Assembly: GCA_035084275.1 (NCBI GenBank)
Contig: CM068755.1
Coordinates: 12,338,001-12,402,000 of the forward strand
Source of the DNA: Hydrolagus colliei
Taxonomy: Eukaryota
Length of the DNA: 64,000 nt
Direction: 5' to 3'
Shown here: in pieces, positions 62,587-64,000 of the stretch
Layout of the letters: every line of letters begins with the position of its first letter
How positions within the stretch are numbered: position 1 is the first letter of the stretch
Position numbers and translations under genes: made by a program
The notes under the pieces: generated by a model
The model's input: only the letters and a program-made list of their open reading frames with translations
What the model was told of the DNA's origin: nothing
The model's database searches: none

Positions 62587-64000
62587 TAAAATTCAAATAA
62601 ATTCTGAAATTAAAAAAAATTGCTTATTTTAATAAACGTTCATCTTATTTTAATCTAAGTTACTAAGAATATCCGAACCTCAACTAATTATATGATAGCG
62701 TGTCATTGTTATACAAGCACATTAAATGCAAAAATTTATTTTTTTGACTTTGTAAACTTCACATAACCTGCTTTGACGTGAATTGTGAAAACACAGATTG
62801 CTTTCCTACAACTGATAGAAATGAAAGCAAAAGATAATTTACACTAATGCTTAACACGAACAGAGCATTCAATATGAGTTACTGATCCCTATAATATCTA
62901 TGAATTGGATTCTTTATCTTTTCTCTCTTAGACAAGCTAAGTGACACTTCTTAAATAACCTCTGAGTTCATTTTGTTACAGAATTAATTAATAGTTAATT
63001 GGTGAAGAATATATGTGGAACATGTATAAAGATTCATTGCAGAAATGCTCAGACGGTACTCTACAATGATATATGGCTATATGCCTATCATAGTAAGCAG
63101 GCTAGCACAGCCTGCTTGGGTTGCACCATTCAACCATCCACAAGACCAGAATGTATATGATTTAATTTCAGTGACAAACATGTCCCATATTGAAATCACT
63201 TTGGAGATGCTAAGTTTTCCCCCCTTCCATTATATCATCTCTCATTTTTTTAAATGAAGAGGTTAAGAAAAAATAATTTTACCAGCAAAGACAGAAGACA
63301 ATGAAACCATTCACATTGTCTGATTTCCACATGAATTTCTGGATTTTAGTTAGATTTTCAAACACTGGTTTTCTCTTTGAAGTACTTAAACAGAAGGTCA
63401 CAACCACTTAAACGTCAAAGCTCTGTACTTCGTATGAAATAGAAAAAGGAATTAGCCTGCAGTTGTGTATTATTGCACAGCTACATGGAAGGTCTTTTAA
63501 ATGCGACAAATTGTGCAATAAAGAAATCAATAAATGACTATTATTTATTGTGTAATTTAACCTTCAGAATTTTACGCCAGACTCACAACTTAAGTCAGAT
63601 GGAGTGTTTTGTTTCACCTTTGGAAACTTCAACCTTTTGGTTTGATTTTGTTTGAATACTGGAAAAAACTAACTGCTCGGGTTTTAGCTGCTATATTGAA
63701 TCCACATTACTCTTTCAAATTATCCTAGGCAGTTTGAATTTAAGAACTTAATTTAAGAGTTAATAAATATAACCAAGGATTTCTATAGCAGAATTAATCC
63801 GAGTAATATACTCTTCATTTTAGTCCAACGAGATGCAAGTTTGATTTAATTTCAGCAGAAGATTACAATTAAACCATAAAAATAGCAAGGTATTGGGAAC
63901 TTAGTACAAAAAAGTATCTGTTACAGTGCTGTTTCTTCAGTTTAACTACACTTTATATAAGCTAACACACCCAACTGTGCCATTGCATTTCAAACAGCTC

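Overview
This is AT-rich, CpG-depleted vertebrate non-coding DNA, most likely a large intron or gene desert. I cannot support any host protein-coding exon, rRNA, true tRNA or CRISPR array; the long ORFs are transposon-derived or look like chance. The repeats (L2 LINEs with (TTG)n tails, tRNA-headed SINEs with L2 tails, Deu-domain SINEs, AmnSINE2-like and CR1 3' ends) suggest a cartilaginous fish, possibly a chimaera (inference). Family names come from recalled consensus motifs, not a database search. The clearest features are a 1.15-kb decayed L2 with RT motifs (20536-21693), about 15 SINE copies, about 12 isolated 50-65-bp L2 3' tails and a young CpG-rich hAT-type MITE with an intact TSD (38970-39325). 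The most unusual signals are: (i) an old 278-bp-period duplication (16443-16946) with identical blocks, scrambled but equal-length spacers and a PBX-HOX site; (ii) inverted templated copies next to L2-tail insertions, including a perfect 56-bp inverted copy of DNA 2 kb away (55258-55313 / 57312-57367) and a perfect 24-bp hairpin (3625-3679); (iii) an RE1/REST-like site inside a DeuSINE; (iv) several repeat-free blocks that resemble conserved enhancers. I found no evidence for a new protein-coding system.
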